A DNA stretch of 64,000 nucleotides from Auanema rhodensis (lineage: Eukaryota; Animalia; Nematoda): positions 8,804,001-8,868,000 of the forward strand of contig OZ059894.1 in the NCBI GenBank assembly GCA_964057225.1. The letters are read 5' to 3'. How positions within the stretch are numbered: the stretch's first letter is position 1; each line of letters starts with the position of its first letter. The position numbers and the translations under genes are program-made. This document shows, one piece after another, positions 39,975 through 53,474 of the stretch. The notes beneath the pieces were generated by a model that did not search any database, was not told the origin of the DNA, and worked only from the letters and a program-made list of their open reading frames with translations.

Positions 39975-41561
39975 AAGAGAGAGAAAGATATTGATAGACA
40001 GTATTGGTTTTACATATCATATTTCCGCACAAAAAAAGAAAAGAAAAAAGGAAATCGTGTTACGAATGCAAGAAAATCATGCTATTCTCTTCTTAAGCAA
40101 TAGAGGAGGGGCACAATTTCGAACACATGGGCTCGTTCTCCTAACTTTTGAAGAAATATCCGATCACGGAAATCAAATAGTCATAAATCGTATGAAAGGA
40201 AAACTAATGTGAGCGATGAGCAATCATGTGAAGACATAAGCCTGCTAACAGATTCACCAAACATTGAGCATTTTCATGTCCAGAAATCCGATTAGGCGAC
40301 AAGAAATAGGAAATGTTGTAAGATTATACAAATTTTTTTTCATATTTTCCTTCGTTAAACAAACACTCACTTATCACCGTCTTATCCTCGGAATGTTTAC
40401 ATTTCTCCATATATGTACGTGTAAAAGTGGAAAAAATAGCTGTAAAATCAAGTTTTTTTTTAATCTTTTTCTAATTTTGGGCGATTTATTTTTTTAAATG
40501 ATCAAGATGAATTCAGCAACAGATTAAGCTCAAGAGAAGTTATGATTTTCTTAAATACTATACAGTTTTAGTAAAATATATACAGTGAAAATATGATTGA
40601 TTATTCCGAATTTTTTCACTTTAAAAATTCTGCGAAAAAAAAAATTATGAACGCGAAAATCTATAAATAGATAGCGATCGAAGTTTATATAATCATAGTA
40701 ATTTCGTTTGGCAATTCGCTGAAGGTCAATCAACTATGATTGTTTTTCATAATTGTTCTATATCAGGTTTTTTTCTTTTATATAACAAAGGAAGAAAACT
40801 ATCTGCGAAATGATGTCATAGACTTACATTAACCTTTAAAGAATTATTCAGAAAAAATTGAGTCATACGAAAAAGGGTGTGAATGTAAAACATGATCGAA
40901 CTTTAAAAACTGTCGTAAAATGAAATTAATTAAAAACAAAATGAAAACATAAGAGATGAGCAACTGTCACAAAACATATTTGGTAAAAGTTTTCAAATTT
41001 GACAATGAAATATTCGAGAATAACATTGTTCCATCTATGTTATCTTCAATTACATGATAAGCGTAAGCATATGATTTACGTAGATAGATTATAAGTCAAT
41101 AGCTTATATCTATATAAATTATTATTATATTCTATTTCTTATTCTATAATTTATATTTAACATAAATCTATTATTCTTCATCAGTAATATTTATTTTTTC
41201 AAAGAGATCTAATAAGTAAAAAGAGGAAAATGTCTGAAAAAGGGTAGTACTATTGAAGAATGTTCATTTTTCATTATACATAAATGTATGTTCAATCGGA
41301 ATTTTTAATATTAAATCTGATAATTCTTTAATATTTAAGCACCAATTCCTCCAATTGAGAAATATTCCTTGAGCATTTGCGAATATTTAAATGTTAGAAC
41401 CACAAAGAAATTTTTTAATTGCCCAAATGCAATGGTAATTATTCATTTAAAATAATTGGAATATAAATTAGCTTCTTATTTACAGCTTAAGTTGCAATTA
41501 ATATTTGATTTCAATAATTTATAAATATAAGTAAAGACGTAACAAAAGAACTCACCTCCAT
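35998..41561 (-). CDS. sulp-1: SLC26/SulP sulfate permease with C-terminal STAS domain
   Basis: Exons from 39081 down to 35998 give [114 protein letters not shown]. The putative two-codon first exon (ATG GAG|gtgagt, 41561-41556) is tentative. The sulp-1 assignment rests on remembered similarity. Confidence 0.85.
37712..37802. repeat. CT-rich imperfect microsatellite in a sulp-1 intron
   Basis: Polypyrimidine (CT)n tract. Confidence 0.85.
39950..39974. repeat. (TA)n microsatellite
   Basis: About 12 TA units. Confidence 0.9.
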
Positions 41562-42276
41562 ATCTGCTGGTTATGGAACTGACTGACAACGACTATCTGG
41601 TGCCTATGAGTTATGGTTTCCAGAATTTTTAAATATTAGTTGGTGCCGGAATCTATTATGTCGAATAGAATAATATTTTAAAAGCCGATTTAAATACCTC
41701 ATCATGCAAATGACAAAACCAAGCAGTTCAAACACACTGTCTATACGATAACTAATACTACCTTAAAGTGGAAAAATATTTCATTTTTTATATAAAAGTG
41801 TGAAATATACGATATACGAAACTGAAATTCAAAACTAAAAGATCGGAGCAGCTAAGCATAAATTTGTATATTCAACCACCCTCATATTCTCTCTCATTCT
41901 GGCTATTCATTGATTTTCGAACCTGCTCTGCTTTACAAATATTACCAATATTCAGAACTGGCGTTCTCTGCAACATAGATCACTCACATGTCTCTTTCTA
42001 TCTATTGCAACTGCTCTCTTAGAAATAACCACTCTGATGGGCATCCTGATAGCATAGTTTATACTCTTTTACAACCTACTCAAAGGATAAGATTCGATTG
42101 AAAATGGGTCCTGCAGCGAGTGTTCGTTTCTCTGCGTCTCTCCGGCGTTCTATCCCTCGGTCCTGACTGCAAATCGATTTCACTGACCGTTATGTCCAAT
42201 AAATTGCTTTCTCTTCGTTAAGGTTTTATTTTAAGCTAAATCAATTTTTCTCATTTTCAGCAATTCTTTAAATAAG

Positions 42277-44479
42277 ATGGGATCTGCTGGAAGAGCTATC
42301 GGGCCTGATGGAAAGGTATCTAAGAAGTTTATTTTTATATTGTTTCAACAACACGTTTTAGCCATTGAAGCCCGCTAATAACAACAAAAATCATAATAAT
42401 AGTAATAATAACAACAATAATCGCAACAACCAGAAAGGAGGAAAGGTCAATAAAGGAAACGTAAGTTACTTTATTTAACTCTTAATTTGTAATTAAAATT
42501 TGGAAGCGAACGCAACCGCTGTGCTTGTAACTGTCACGTGAAATATACTTGTGCGCGCGTTCATTTTTTTTTTTGCGTGAAGTATACGAGTCTAAATTCT
42601 TGTTTTTCTTTATCATCAGTATCTGAATTGCAGAGACAAAATGCCCAGCAAAACCGCGGCAATGAACGCTTCCGTCCCACTGGACCTCCACCACTTATGA
42701 GTTTAAATGGACGTGGTCCTGGTAACGTGCGTGGTGGACCAATGCCTGGTCCTGGACAAGGTGGATTCATTGGTGGTTCTGGTCCAATGATGGGTGGACC
42801 AATGATGGGGAATCCTATGATGGGTAACGGTGGACCTGTATTGAACAATGGTCCCATGATAGGTGGCCCGATGAGAGGCTCTGGCCCAGACCCTCATGGA
42901 AATTACGGATTCTTCCGAGATATGCCAGGGAACAGAACGGTTAGCTATTTTAAAAATTGAATAGTTTCTAACGAATTACTTATATTTTCACGATTAAAAA
43001 AAATTCTTTTGAGCTATTTGAGTTTCAATTCTCGGACGAAAAGTCTTAAAAGTTTTTAAAACTATTTTTTCGAATAAGCGAACTGTTTTTACAATTATGT
43101 AGAAATCATCTTCTCATTGTTAACTTTTTCATAATTTTGTTTTATTTTTTTCACAGCTCTTCGCAATGCTAATTTGATAGCTTTGCTCTAATATATGAAG
43201 CAGGTCATCGCGTCTAAATGTTTTAATTTTAAATCCCTTTATTGGGAAATCTGTTCTGATCGTTGAATTTGATTTTATTATTCATACCGCAGCTCTGTCT
43301 GAGATGTGGATACGAATCTAATTCCCTTTCAGTTTCAGATTCAGTATTATTTAACTGCTCAAAAGTCTTCTAATGAGGAGAATATTATTTTTCACTTTTT
43401 TTGAACTGTTTTGAGATTGCTTTCCAAAAAAAAAGGAAACATTAACCTCTCTTTTTTTTTTTGAATTTGATTGATCAGGATAAAATATTTAATTTTCCTT
43501 GCGGATGAGCAAAGCACGATCCCTCGGATTGCTCTACCGATGACTATTTTGTGATTGCAAGTATTTCCAGATGGGCGACGAAAGGAACAGCTCTAACCAA
43601 CCAGGTCTAGTTGATTTGCCAGAATTTTGAATGAAATTTGGTTTTCTGGGCTAGCATAAAACGAGGCATTAAAAACTCAAATCATCCTCACGTTATCCTA
43701 TATCTATCACAAGTTGTTTTGATATCCTCATCATCCATTTCAAAGTTCTATGAACGACTTGTTTAAAATTTGTGAAAATTGCCCTCTGCTAGCCCGTTCT
43801 TTTGTCAAAAAAGTGTTTTTATCAATTTCTTTTCTGAAACAGAAATCGTTGCATGTTTGAACGGTTTCCATGATGTTTTGCTTTTTGGACCCTCTTTGTA
43901 TGAACTTGGCGAAACATTGTTTCATTTAGTAATTTATTTTCAAACCTCAACTATATCTTTTTAGCTGGGATCAACTCTGGAATTCCGTTGAACAAGCCAG
44001 GATTTGATAATGCAAATAGTTTTGGAAACGTAAGTTCATTCGTCATGATTCAGTTATATATTATCTATATAGAACAACCCTGCGATTGGAATTAATAACG
44101 CCAAAGCTACATCTCCAACACCTGCACCAAGCTCTGCTCCTGGTGAAGTACCAGGTTTTGGTAATAATAGCAGCATTCATGAACTTTTCGGTACAAACAA
44201 AATACAATATTTATTAATTTTCTTTACTTTACAGGCAAAATGGTTTGGAAAAAAATGGAAGGATTACGCGACCAAGCCGTTATTGATCGTCTTCAAAACA
44301 GAATAATGAATTTGATTCATGATGCTCTTGCTGATCAAAGTGAGTTGCTTATTTGAAAAACTTACTCCTAACGATATAATTGTTCAGCTGGACCAAACAA
44401 TCAGCAAAATATGGGAAATGCCCAATATGGACCCGGAATGCAAATGAAACAACAAGAAGTCAACTTTAGGAACTTCTAA
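42277..44479 (+). CDS. Low-complexity (N-rich, G/P/M-rich, prion-like) protein with a short C-terminal helical domain, pqn-53-like
   Basis: Exons start at 42277, 42362, 42634, 43571, 43965, 44072, 44235 and 44388 and splice in frame. The C-terminal block ELFGKMVWKKMEGLRDQAVIDRLQNRIMNLIHDAL resembles, from memory, the helical motif of PQN-53/BESS-like domains. Confidence 0.78.
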
Positions 44480-45424
44480 ATTTGTTTCGTACTTTGTATT
44501 ATTTATTAACATTTATATACTAATATTATCTCAGCATTATATACTTTCACAATGAGATTGTGGAGTTTATTTCTCATTTTTTGCTGGTCCTATTACATTT
44601 TGTTCTTGTAGATTTTGTGATTTTGCTAAGTCGTTATTTGTATCATTGCACTCCACCTTAATAAACATTTTATATTTTCCGTTTTTCTCATTATAATCTT
44701 TTCTATGAATCATCAGAAAAGTCATTATCATCAAGCTTGCTATATAACACCGTTGAAACACTGAAAGCAGTTCGGATTCGATACGCGATTGTTCAAGCTT
44801 AGTCTTAAGTTGACGAAGAAGACTAGCTTTTACATGAAAATTCATGATTTTTCTTCAAATTTGTGTTGAACGAGCCCAATCTCTAGTTCAGATTTGATAT
44901 TTGTGAACAAGATGACGTATACAGACGGTCTACCAATTCCCTTTTAAGGCGGCGGAATCTTATATTATTCATTTAAACCTACCCAATGGTGACAACAGTT
45001 CGCATTCTGCTGCATTTTGCCAGGAGCATTTTGTATGATTCTCTGCATTCTCCTCAAAAGCTATAATCACTTATATCTTATTGGATTTACCTTCTTATGG
45101 ATCTAAACCTAGAAGTGGCGATCGTAACTTCTGGTCTCAGTGAGATAAGGTTATATGGGGATGGGGGTCAGCCCCGCCCACTTTTCGATAGAGACACAGT
45201 CCGCATTTGTGTTCTTCGTTGTCATCACCGTGATCATCTTAGCATGATCACTTAGACGAACTGATGATCTTAGTCATGGTTATTAAGAAGCTCCATCTGT
45301 TTGTTACATCAATATCCCATTGTAACTAACTAACTATACATATAGCTAACCTATATGTGTGTTTGTTATGTTCATTAGTTCAAGCAACTATCTAATCTAG
45401 ATCTATTGTTGTACTTATCATATC

Positions 45425-45433
45425 TATATAAAA
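45425..45433 (+). promoter_or_regulatory. TATA box of the secreted Cys-rich protein gene
   Basis: TATATAAAA about 115 bp upstream of ttttcag|ATG, with a GC box and two GATAAG sites at about 45143-45195. Confidence 0.45.
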
Positions 45434-45541
45434 CTGGATGTTGTTTTCTTTCTTTTCTATATTGCGTTTTGGTCACATCGTTTCGTTCTGTTACCTCTTC
45501 CCTTTAAATCCCTTCAATCCAATCATTTATTCTGTTTTCAG

Positions 45542-47508
45542 ATGATTCGGATAGTGGCAGTTGCAGTTCTTGTGGTAAGTCATTTTCGTTCATACACTTC
45601 ATTCCTCGTAGATAGAAAAAATCATTGAAGTATTTTTCATATTTAAACATGTACTTTGTTCAGGCGGGTATTTATGCCCAAGATTGTTCCTCTCCTACAG
45701 GAACTCGTGAAACATTCGGTAGATACCTGCAGTGTATGAAGGATGGCCTTGATGTCAACTATGGAGTCTACGAAGATGAAATGCGCGAGCACGGAAGGTA
45801 TAAATTGGCTTGCAAACAAATTATTTGATCTTTTGATCTTATATAGAAAAGCTGCTACTGCTTGCTTCGCTTCATCTATCGAGGAAGGAAATGCTAAGGA
45901 TAGATGTGTTCTAAACGCCAACGACTTGAATCAAGTTGCTTGGGATCGCCATGGACCACTCAGAGATTGCACAATCTGCAGAACTGTAAGCTATAGATCA
46001 AAACCTAAATGTATGTTATGATTTTTATAGTTTGCTTCTGGAGCTTTGAAGGCTATCAAATCTACCCCAGCCGAAGATCAAAAGTGTATCCGTCAAGAAA
46101 TCACCAAGGGTTTGTTTGAAACTAACTAATTTTGCATTAAAAAGTTATTTAGCTATTGCTCGTGAGGCCACTTTCTGTCTTCGCAAGAAGATCGCTGACT
46201 TCCCAGGAGTTCCAGAAATCCCAGATTTGGAAGAGGGTAGCTTCAATTTCAAGGATTCTGTGTAAGTTATATTTTCAACTTTCTGCAATTTCATACACAT
46301 TTTCCGTGAAAATGGTTGTTTCTCCTTTTTGTTCAAAAATTCAACAGTAGGGCTCCAGACTTTTCTTTCTAAAACCGGTCTTTTGTTCTTCACAATCAGC
46401 TAGGTTATGGTCAACAGTGATCATTTACCCAAATTCCAGTATAGTTCACGCCGTATCTAGCGTATCTATTATCAGCTGTCTGTCTTGCCACTTGATATGA
46501 TATGATTTGTCTATTTTGGTTTATCTCTGAAGAACATTCACTGATCTTTAAAACATAATCAAATTAAATGCTACGACGTACGCTACGACAGTACATGAAT
46601 GTTTTGCTTCAAAACATTCGTGTACTTTAAACTTCGGTCAATTACATATAATTGAATAAAATACAGGTTCTTCTGTACGAAAACATGACTTTCTTCGCTT
46701 TTCAGCATCTCTTCTCTCTCCGATCACATCCTCATCCACTCTCGTCTCTCATTCTGTGGTGAACGTAAGCCTCAACGCGCTGCCAACACCCGCAACTGCT
46801 TGAACAACCCATTTGCTGGATATCTTGGAGAGCACTGCAAAGGTAAAAATGCAAAAAGAAACAATCCATCATCTGGATGATTTTTTTCCAGTTTTATCTG
46901 GCTGTGATGCTCGTCTCGCTGTCGGCAGCTGTGCTCAAACTATTCCAAAAACTAGAGCTGCTACCTGTGCTTGTATCAATGAGGCTCGTGATGACCTGAA
47001 GAACCGTATCGCTTCTATCTCCCAAGTCTTCCACGATGTAAGATATTGGAAAAAAATGTTTCCGTCAGTTTCTGTTTTTTCAGCTTGTCAGCGGTGGATT
47101 CTCAGGAGTTTCTATCGGATCATCTAACAAGGTTGATATCTGTGTTGCCAACATCAAGAAGCAGATGTAAGAGAACAGTGCAAAGTACAACGTAGTCATT
47201 GAGTATTTCAGGATCACTCCAGTGAATGACTGGGTTACTGTCATCGACTCTGCTCTTTCTTCCTGCATCAAGACCAGACCAGCTGGACAAAACCTCGGAA
47301 TGGAGGCTATGCTTAATGTTGGATGCCGCAAGGTATGATCAAAGTTTAAACTTTCTGCATCACTCAGTTAAACTCCTTTAAGGTTATTGCTGATACAACT
47401 GGTGCCGCTTCTACACAATTGAAGACTGGATTCGATTTCGTTAACAACCTCATTGACGCCATGGTCGAGAGAAGCGGACGTTTCTGTGGTGGATCTCACT
47501 GTGCTTAG
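45542..47508 (+). CDS. Secreted cysteine-rich nematode protein of unknown function (~360 aa)
   Basis: Ten exons in frame: signal peptide MIRIVAVAVLVAGIYA, then QDCSSPTGTRETFGRYLQC...AWDRHGPLRDCTICRTFASGA...KTGFDFVNNLIDAMVERSGRFCGGSHCA*. Codon usage is C-ending rich, suggesting high expression. Confidence 0.88.
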
Positions 47509-48094
47509 GTCAGTTACAGAAAATCTCCATTATAAACAAAAAGAAGAAGTTGATTGAACGACGAAAAATGATTTAAACTTGGCCCGAATATAGATATTTC
47601 TTGACAGATGAAAAATATCATATTCTATCCCGGTTGCAGCGTCAAGTTGTCATCAAAACTTTTCGCGAAATCGGGTCAGCCAGGGCAATAGCTAGATAAA
47701 ACAGCTCAACCATTAAGGCTTTTTTCATAAAATAAAAAGTCAAAAATTATACAAGTTGAGCAATGGGAAAACATTAAATTGAACATATTTTCAGATTTAG
47801 AAGCAGAACACGATAGACTTAATCTCATCCAATTCTGAAAACAATTTTTTTACTTCTGATGGTTTCTCCGGGCTTGAAATCAACAAATTATAATGAAATC
47901 TTGATACTTGTATGTTAGTAAGCCCATATTTATTTGTTCAATAAAGGTTCGCATATATACTCTTTGTTCGTTCTTATTTAGAATTCTTTTATTTTTAAAC
48001 AATAAACTCAAACATAAAAATAAAAATTTAAAGCAATTCAAGACACTTGTGAGGAGATCAATCATGAGAATGAAACTGGAAATATACTTTTCTC

Positions 48095-50560
48095 TCAATC
48101 GAATACCGTATAGATATATCGCTTAGTGCAAGGAGGAATGATCTTGTTACCAGCTTCATCGTATTCTCCCGAAGTTTCTTCTTCATATTCTTCGTCCTCC
48201 CATTCACTATCATACTCTTCTGCAAGAATCATAGATAAGAGTTTTATCATATGTTGTATGTTATATTAATTTGAAATAAATATAATTTTTTTCGAAGCCC
48301 AAGCTTGGCCAGAGATGACGTTTTAGAATATTTTCAGTCAAAAAAACTTGTTTTTAGAAGAAAAATATTAATAAATGTGATTTGTGTATCTAAGATTTTC
48401 AGAAAAAAAAACACTAAACTGACCATCAGAGTTCAGCGGCTGATCATATACTCGATTTCCTGTTTGGACATATTTGTCTGCGCGAGATGGGTATGTCTGG
48501 GTAATGCTGAAAAGAAAAATAAGAAATAAATATAATCAGTTTATAAATAGTTAAATTCTCTGTGCTTAAACTATTAATAAATCTTAATAAAGTAGTCTTC
48601 CTACCGATTAATCATCGAACTTTTCTGTCGCCAACGCTCTTTGAGCATACTTTTCTTATGTTCATCCATGAAGAGAAATATAATTCGATCTTGAATAGGC
48701 TGGGCTTCGATTAACCTATAAAACGCTTCGTTATACTAACAACTACAGCCAGTTTTCTGGATTAACACTTTGGTTTTCATAATATGTATGCATTCAAATA
48801 AAATTATAACGTTATATACAACCTTTTGACGCCCTCATTCTCATCTGTTATAATCGTCATCGTGGCTACATCAGGATCAATTTGTCGGATACGGTATTGT
48901 GAATCGATAGAGCGAATCATACGGTCAAAAACCAAACGTACTTTGGCCTGTAAAATAGACGAAAAAAATGTTGGTTTACAATTGAAAATTATCAAAAAGT
49001 TTTATATTACCTGAACTATAGCCACACATAAGCCTACAACTGATAGACCTACTAGAGTTAAAGCCAGGTTGAAGATAATAAAGTTGGGTGTTTTAGTTAC
49101 AACATCTCCTAGACCTGAAACAGAGACATAGATTAACATCAGTGATGTCATCTTTTAAATTAAGAATTTTCAGTTTTTTTCGATATGTTATTGTAAATCG
49201 ATTCAGAATATTCTAAACATCTTTATTAGATTACCTATTGTAGTTAGTGATGTGAAAAAAAAATAAAATGCAGTGAAATACGTCCATTCATATTCCCAAA
49301 TACTGAAAAAGATTTTTCATGTTTTCAATTCATGATGTATGAAGTACCGTACTATGCAAGCAGATAAACTAAGCCACATTATGAAGAATATAAGAGCAGC
49401 TTTCATTGGTACTGTCTGAGCTTGTTCTTGATCTGCTAAAACGATTTCTAACTCTCGTAATGGCTTATTTGATTCAATCTTAATGCTTTAAGTATAATTT
49501 CTATTCTCTTCAGGTTGTACCTGATGATCAATAGTATTTACTTGATTACTTGTTGTTCTATGAACACTTAACAGAGGAACGGTTGACATGCTTCTCAATG
49601 ATAATTCACTTCCAACTCTTCGAACACTGAATAAAAGAATTTTTAATGCTTCTACTATAATTCTCTCTCTTATACCGTTCTCGAAGCTGTCGCTTTTCCA
49701 CTTGACGTTGAAGACTTCTAAATTTTAAGAATCACCTTACTTTTTCAAAAAATCACAAACTTTTGGCAAAACTTTTCACTTAACCAATTCCAACCATATT
49801 CAATCCAAGTGAAATAAAGAAAGCCCCATTCCAGAAGAATAGTGAAGACCAATGGAATTCCGACGGATGCATAAAGCATGGAAACAATCCGTCCAGTTGT
49901 TGTCTTCGGATGAAAGTTACCATAACCTGAACCCAACTATTTTTTTTTCTTTTTCTGTTTTTTTTTTAAATTTCATCGATTTTGAGAGAATGACAAAAGT
50001 TGCAGGTTATGATGTATTCATCCATCAATACAGCGGAAACGAATAGGAAATTGTGGTCAAGTTATCAATCAACAACCTCAGTTTAGTGATCTCAGCTGTT
50101 TACAAAACACACTGATATTGGCAGATGCCTTAGCTATTTTCTCTTAACTTTGATGGTGCTTTTGAAAAAAAAGAGAGGGTGGAAGAGGCAAGCGAAAGAG
50201 GGGGGGGGGCTCAATTCTTGAGAAATTCAATCTCAAACAGTTGCTTCGAGAGTGAGGAGATTTCAACCATCATGATATTAAGATGCCAAAAGAGAATGAA
50301 AAAGTGAAGAGATTCTAAGATGATAGAACGAATGTAACAGAGAAAATGATGAGAAAAGATACTTTTTTCACATAAAAAGTATATTATGGACTAGCACAAG
50401 TTCTTTTCTCCGGCTTTCTTTCAGTCTCGTGAACATTCTTGATTCTATATAATTACAATTGTTAATGAGGTGGAGGGAAGAAGTACGGGAGAATGAAAAA
50501 ATAGAGAAATGTGAATTGTCAGGTGAGATAATGAAAGAAAGGTAGTAAAATGAGCAAAAA

Positions 50561-50612
<52 letters not shown>

Positions 50613-51739
50613 AGCAAAGGGAAAAGAAACAGAGAAAGAGGGAAAGCAGAGAGAACAGATAGTAAGTACGGAGATAAAAGAAGCCAGAAGAAAAAATGGG
50701 AAGTAAAACTGAAGTTCAGTTGCAATACGGAAATTTTCGACAAGGATACATCAAAATACATTCCACAATACTATTTAGGAAAAGTTGAAAATGCACCTAT
50801 AGTTGTGTATAAACTTGCAGCATAATACACTCCACCCCATAAATTCCATTTTGTATCAACTTGAATAGGAACTTGATTGTTAACACCAAGCTTCTTTTCA
50901 TACCTGAAACAATTAGCTTTATTCTATAGTAATTTCTAAAATATGCTCTACCAGTCTAAAGCATTTTTGAGTAATTCCGTTTTATTAACAACAGATCTTC
51001 CTTTATTATTAAATATTACCGGCTTTAATCGAGCAATTTCTCGAAATCTAAGTAAAATTATCAATATGTGCTTATATATAAACTTAAATATTCTAACCTA
51101 TTAATCAAATCAACTTGATAACTATTTCTCCGACTAAATATATTCATATTTCTCTCATAATCAGACAATAAAACTACTTTATCATGTCCTCCTTAAATAT
51201 ATAGAAGTTATTCAAATGCTTATTAGGTATATCCAACAGAAGGAATGTTTTACCTTCAATTGCACTAAATAAAAGTCCACCTAATAGTGAATAAGCAAAT
51301 AATACTATTAACCACATTATATGTCTCCAGAGTGTTTTTTTGCGTTTATCTTCTTTAGGAATCACAATTTTTGGTTTTGGTGGATCTTGTTGTAAAAAGG
51401 GTAATAGGTCCTAAATTAGAAAAAATGAATAATCAGAATTATGTATATGATTACATCATTTTCAGCTTTCTTTCTTCGTCTTCTCTTTTTCTTTTCCGGT
51501 TTCTCAATTATAGTTTGAGGAGCAGAATTTGTTGATTCTTTCTAGAAAAGGCACAAGTTGCAGTCATGAAGTTGTCGATATAAACTTACCTTTAATCGAT
51601 TTATCGTTGGAAGGCTACGAGAAACGACATTCGTTAAACGATTATTAGTTATAGCACTCCACTTATTATCGGCAGACTTACTGCGTTTTTCAGAAGCTTT
51701 ATCTTTATCTTTACCCTTTTTGTCATCTTTTCCTCCCAT
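48095..51739 (-). CDS. TWK-family two-pore-domain (K2P) potassium channel
   Basis: TM1 LIVLFAYSLLGGLLFSAIEG, P1 WNLWGGVYYAASLYTTIGYGN, TM2 GRIVSMLYASVGIPL, TM3, P2 WTYFTAFYFFFTSLTTIGLGD, TM4, and an acidic tail ending KRYIYTVFD*. Confidence 0.93.
50565..50609. repeat. (GA)n microsatellite in a twk intron
   Basis: About 22 GA units. Confidence 0.95.
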
Positions 51740-52604
51740 ACTAGAAAAAAATTCGATACAAAATAAAATTAATTTGAATTTTTTTTTGAAAAAAAAAAAA
51801 ATTTGATGCGAATATAGATGTGTAGAATACAATTTTAGTTAAATCTGATTACAAAAACAAAGTTATTTATTAGGTTATTGACAAACTGCCGAAGAAAGAT
51901 CAAAATCTTTAATGAGATTTGATTAGTTGAACAATTTCTAATCTCAAACTATTAATTTGTGTTAAAATAATTCAATGCTCTTCATCAATCACTTCTTAAC
52001 ATATTGAACACCACGAAACACAGTTTTTATTAATTATACTTCACTTAATGATGATGTGAATGTATGCACGTATCTGTTGAAAATCCAAAAACAACAAAAA
52101 TTTCAAAAAAAAAGATGATAGTCGATGAAGAAAAGTAGAGATGAAGAAAAAATTGAAATTATTATGAAAATAAGAGGTAGTAGATAGTCATGATATTCGC
52201 AATAAATTCGTTTTCGGTATAAAATTGAATGAATACTAGATAATGGCATTAGATGTGTCGAAAACTATGAATTTAAAAAGTAAGGTTCAAACCTAAACCT
52301 TCAAAAACTGACAGCCAATGATATCTTCTACGAACGAAGCATATTACAATGGAATTTTAGAAAATGAAAGCATGAAAGAAGATAAAGAGATAGAGAGAGA
52401 GAAGAGAGAGAGAGAAAAGGATAGCTCCCATTCGCATCATACACAAATACACATACTCCTCTTATCTCTTTTGCTCATTTCTTTTTCTCTTCAACATCAT
52501 GTTTTTTATCTTTATCTTTTCATGTCTGATAATCTATCTTTTGTTCTCTAACATCTTCGTCATACTTCCCTCATTGCTGTTGCTGCAAAATCTTCTTGTC
52601 CCTA

Positions 52605-53344
52605 GAAAAAGAGAAATGGTAGAAACTAAGCGGCATCATCTGAGCGTAGAACACTAAAGGAACTATTTGATCTCATTCACGAAAAGAATGACGTGTGAAA
52701 CGCAAATTAGATTCTAATCTTCAGTCTGGGATTCTTTGTCTCGAAATGCGTACTGACCACCTTGTCTACCCATTAACAGACCTTTTCACAATAACAACTA
52801 TCGTTTGATTTTATTAAAATACTTCAAAAGTTAGTACAAACGAGACATGAATCATAAACGAAATAAGCATAAATCGTCTTAAGTTTTACCTGTTCCTTGT
52901 AAGAAATTCCTTATATTAGACTTTACGTACGCAGAATATTCAGAATCTTTCAATGTTCTTTCAATTAGTTTTCTACTTCTCCAATGTAAATTAACAGAGA
53001 GTTCACATAATAGAATATACATACATATGAATATAAATAGGAAAACGGAAAAATAGATTCGAAATAATTTCTTTTTTTTTCTTTTTTTTCTTTCTGGTAT
53101 ATCACAGAACCGTCAAAAAATTGTTGTTCATCAACTGCTCCTTGAAGATGGACAGTACCTGACAACATGATCTGGATTAGTTTAAGTTAATTTCTATTTT
53201 GTTATCAACTTCAGTGTTGAAAAAAACAAAAAAGTAAGAGCAAAATCGACGACATCCAAATTTTGAATAAAATTATTTATCTAAACTTGCATCTTTTATT
53301 TAATTTAATGTTGATCACTCCAACCAGCGATCTGTATCAATATA
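52605..53344. repeat. 740 bp block duplicated at 54818-55109 plus 56316-56784
   Basis: Direct repeat; the second copy is split by a ~1.2 kb transposon-derived insert. Confidence 0.88.
52889..53168 (-). pseudogene. Orphan, disrupted first exon of a sulfotransferase paralog
   Basis: The minus strand encodes YVCIFYYVNSLLIYIGEVEN*, then a frameshifted LKDSEYSAYVKSNIRNFLQGTG|gtaaaa, homologous to exon 1 of the 58330 gene. It is followed only by intron-1-like sequence. Confidence 0.8.
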
Positions 53345-53474
53345 ATATTATATGAAATTCGAGAAAACCTAATCTAGCATTCCAATATGTCTATTACAGT
53401 ATATAAAAAATTTTTCTCTTAAAGCTTATTAATTTTATCAAGAAATGGTACTCAGAAGTTATATGAGCTAACCA

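Noticed and set aside
52688-52757. C/D box snoRNA in the duplicated block (atgacg...ctga)
   Set aside because: Degenerate C box, no terminal stem, and antisense to the host intron.
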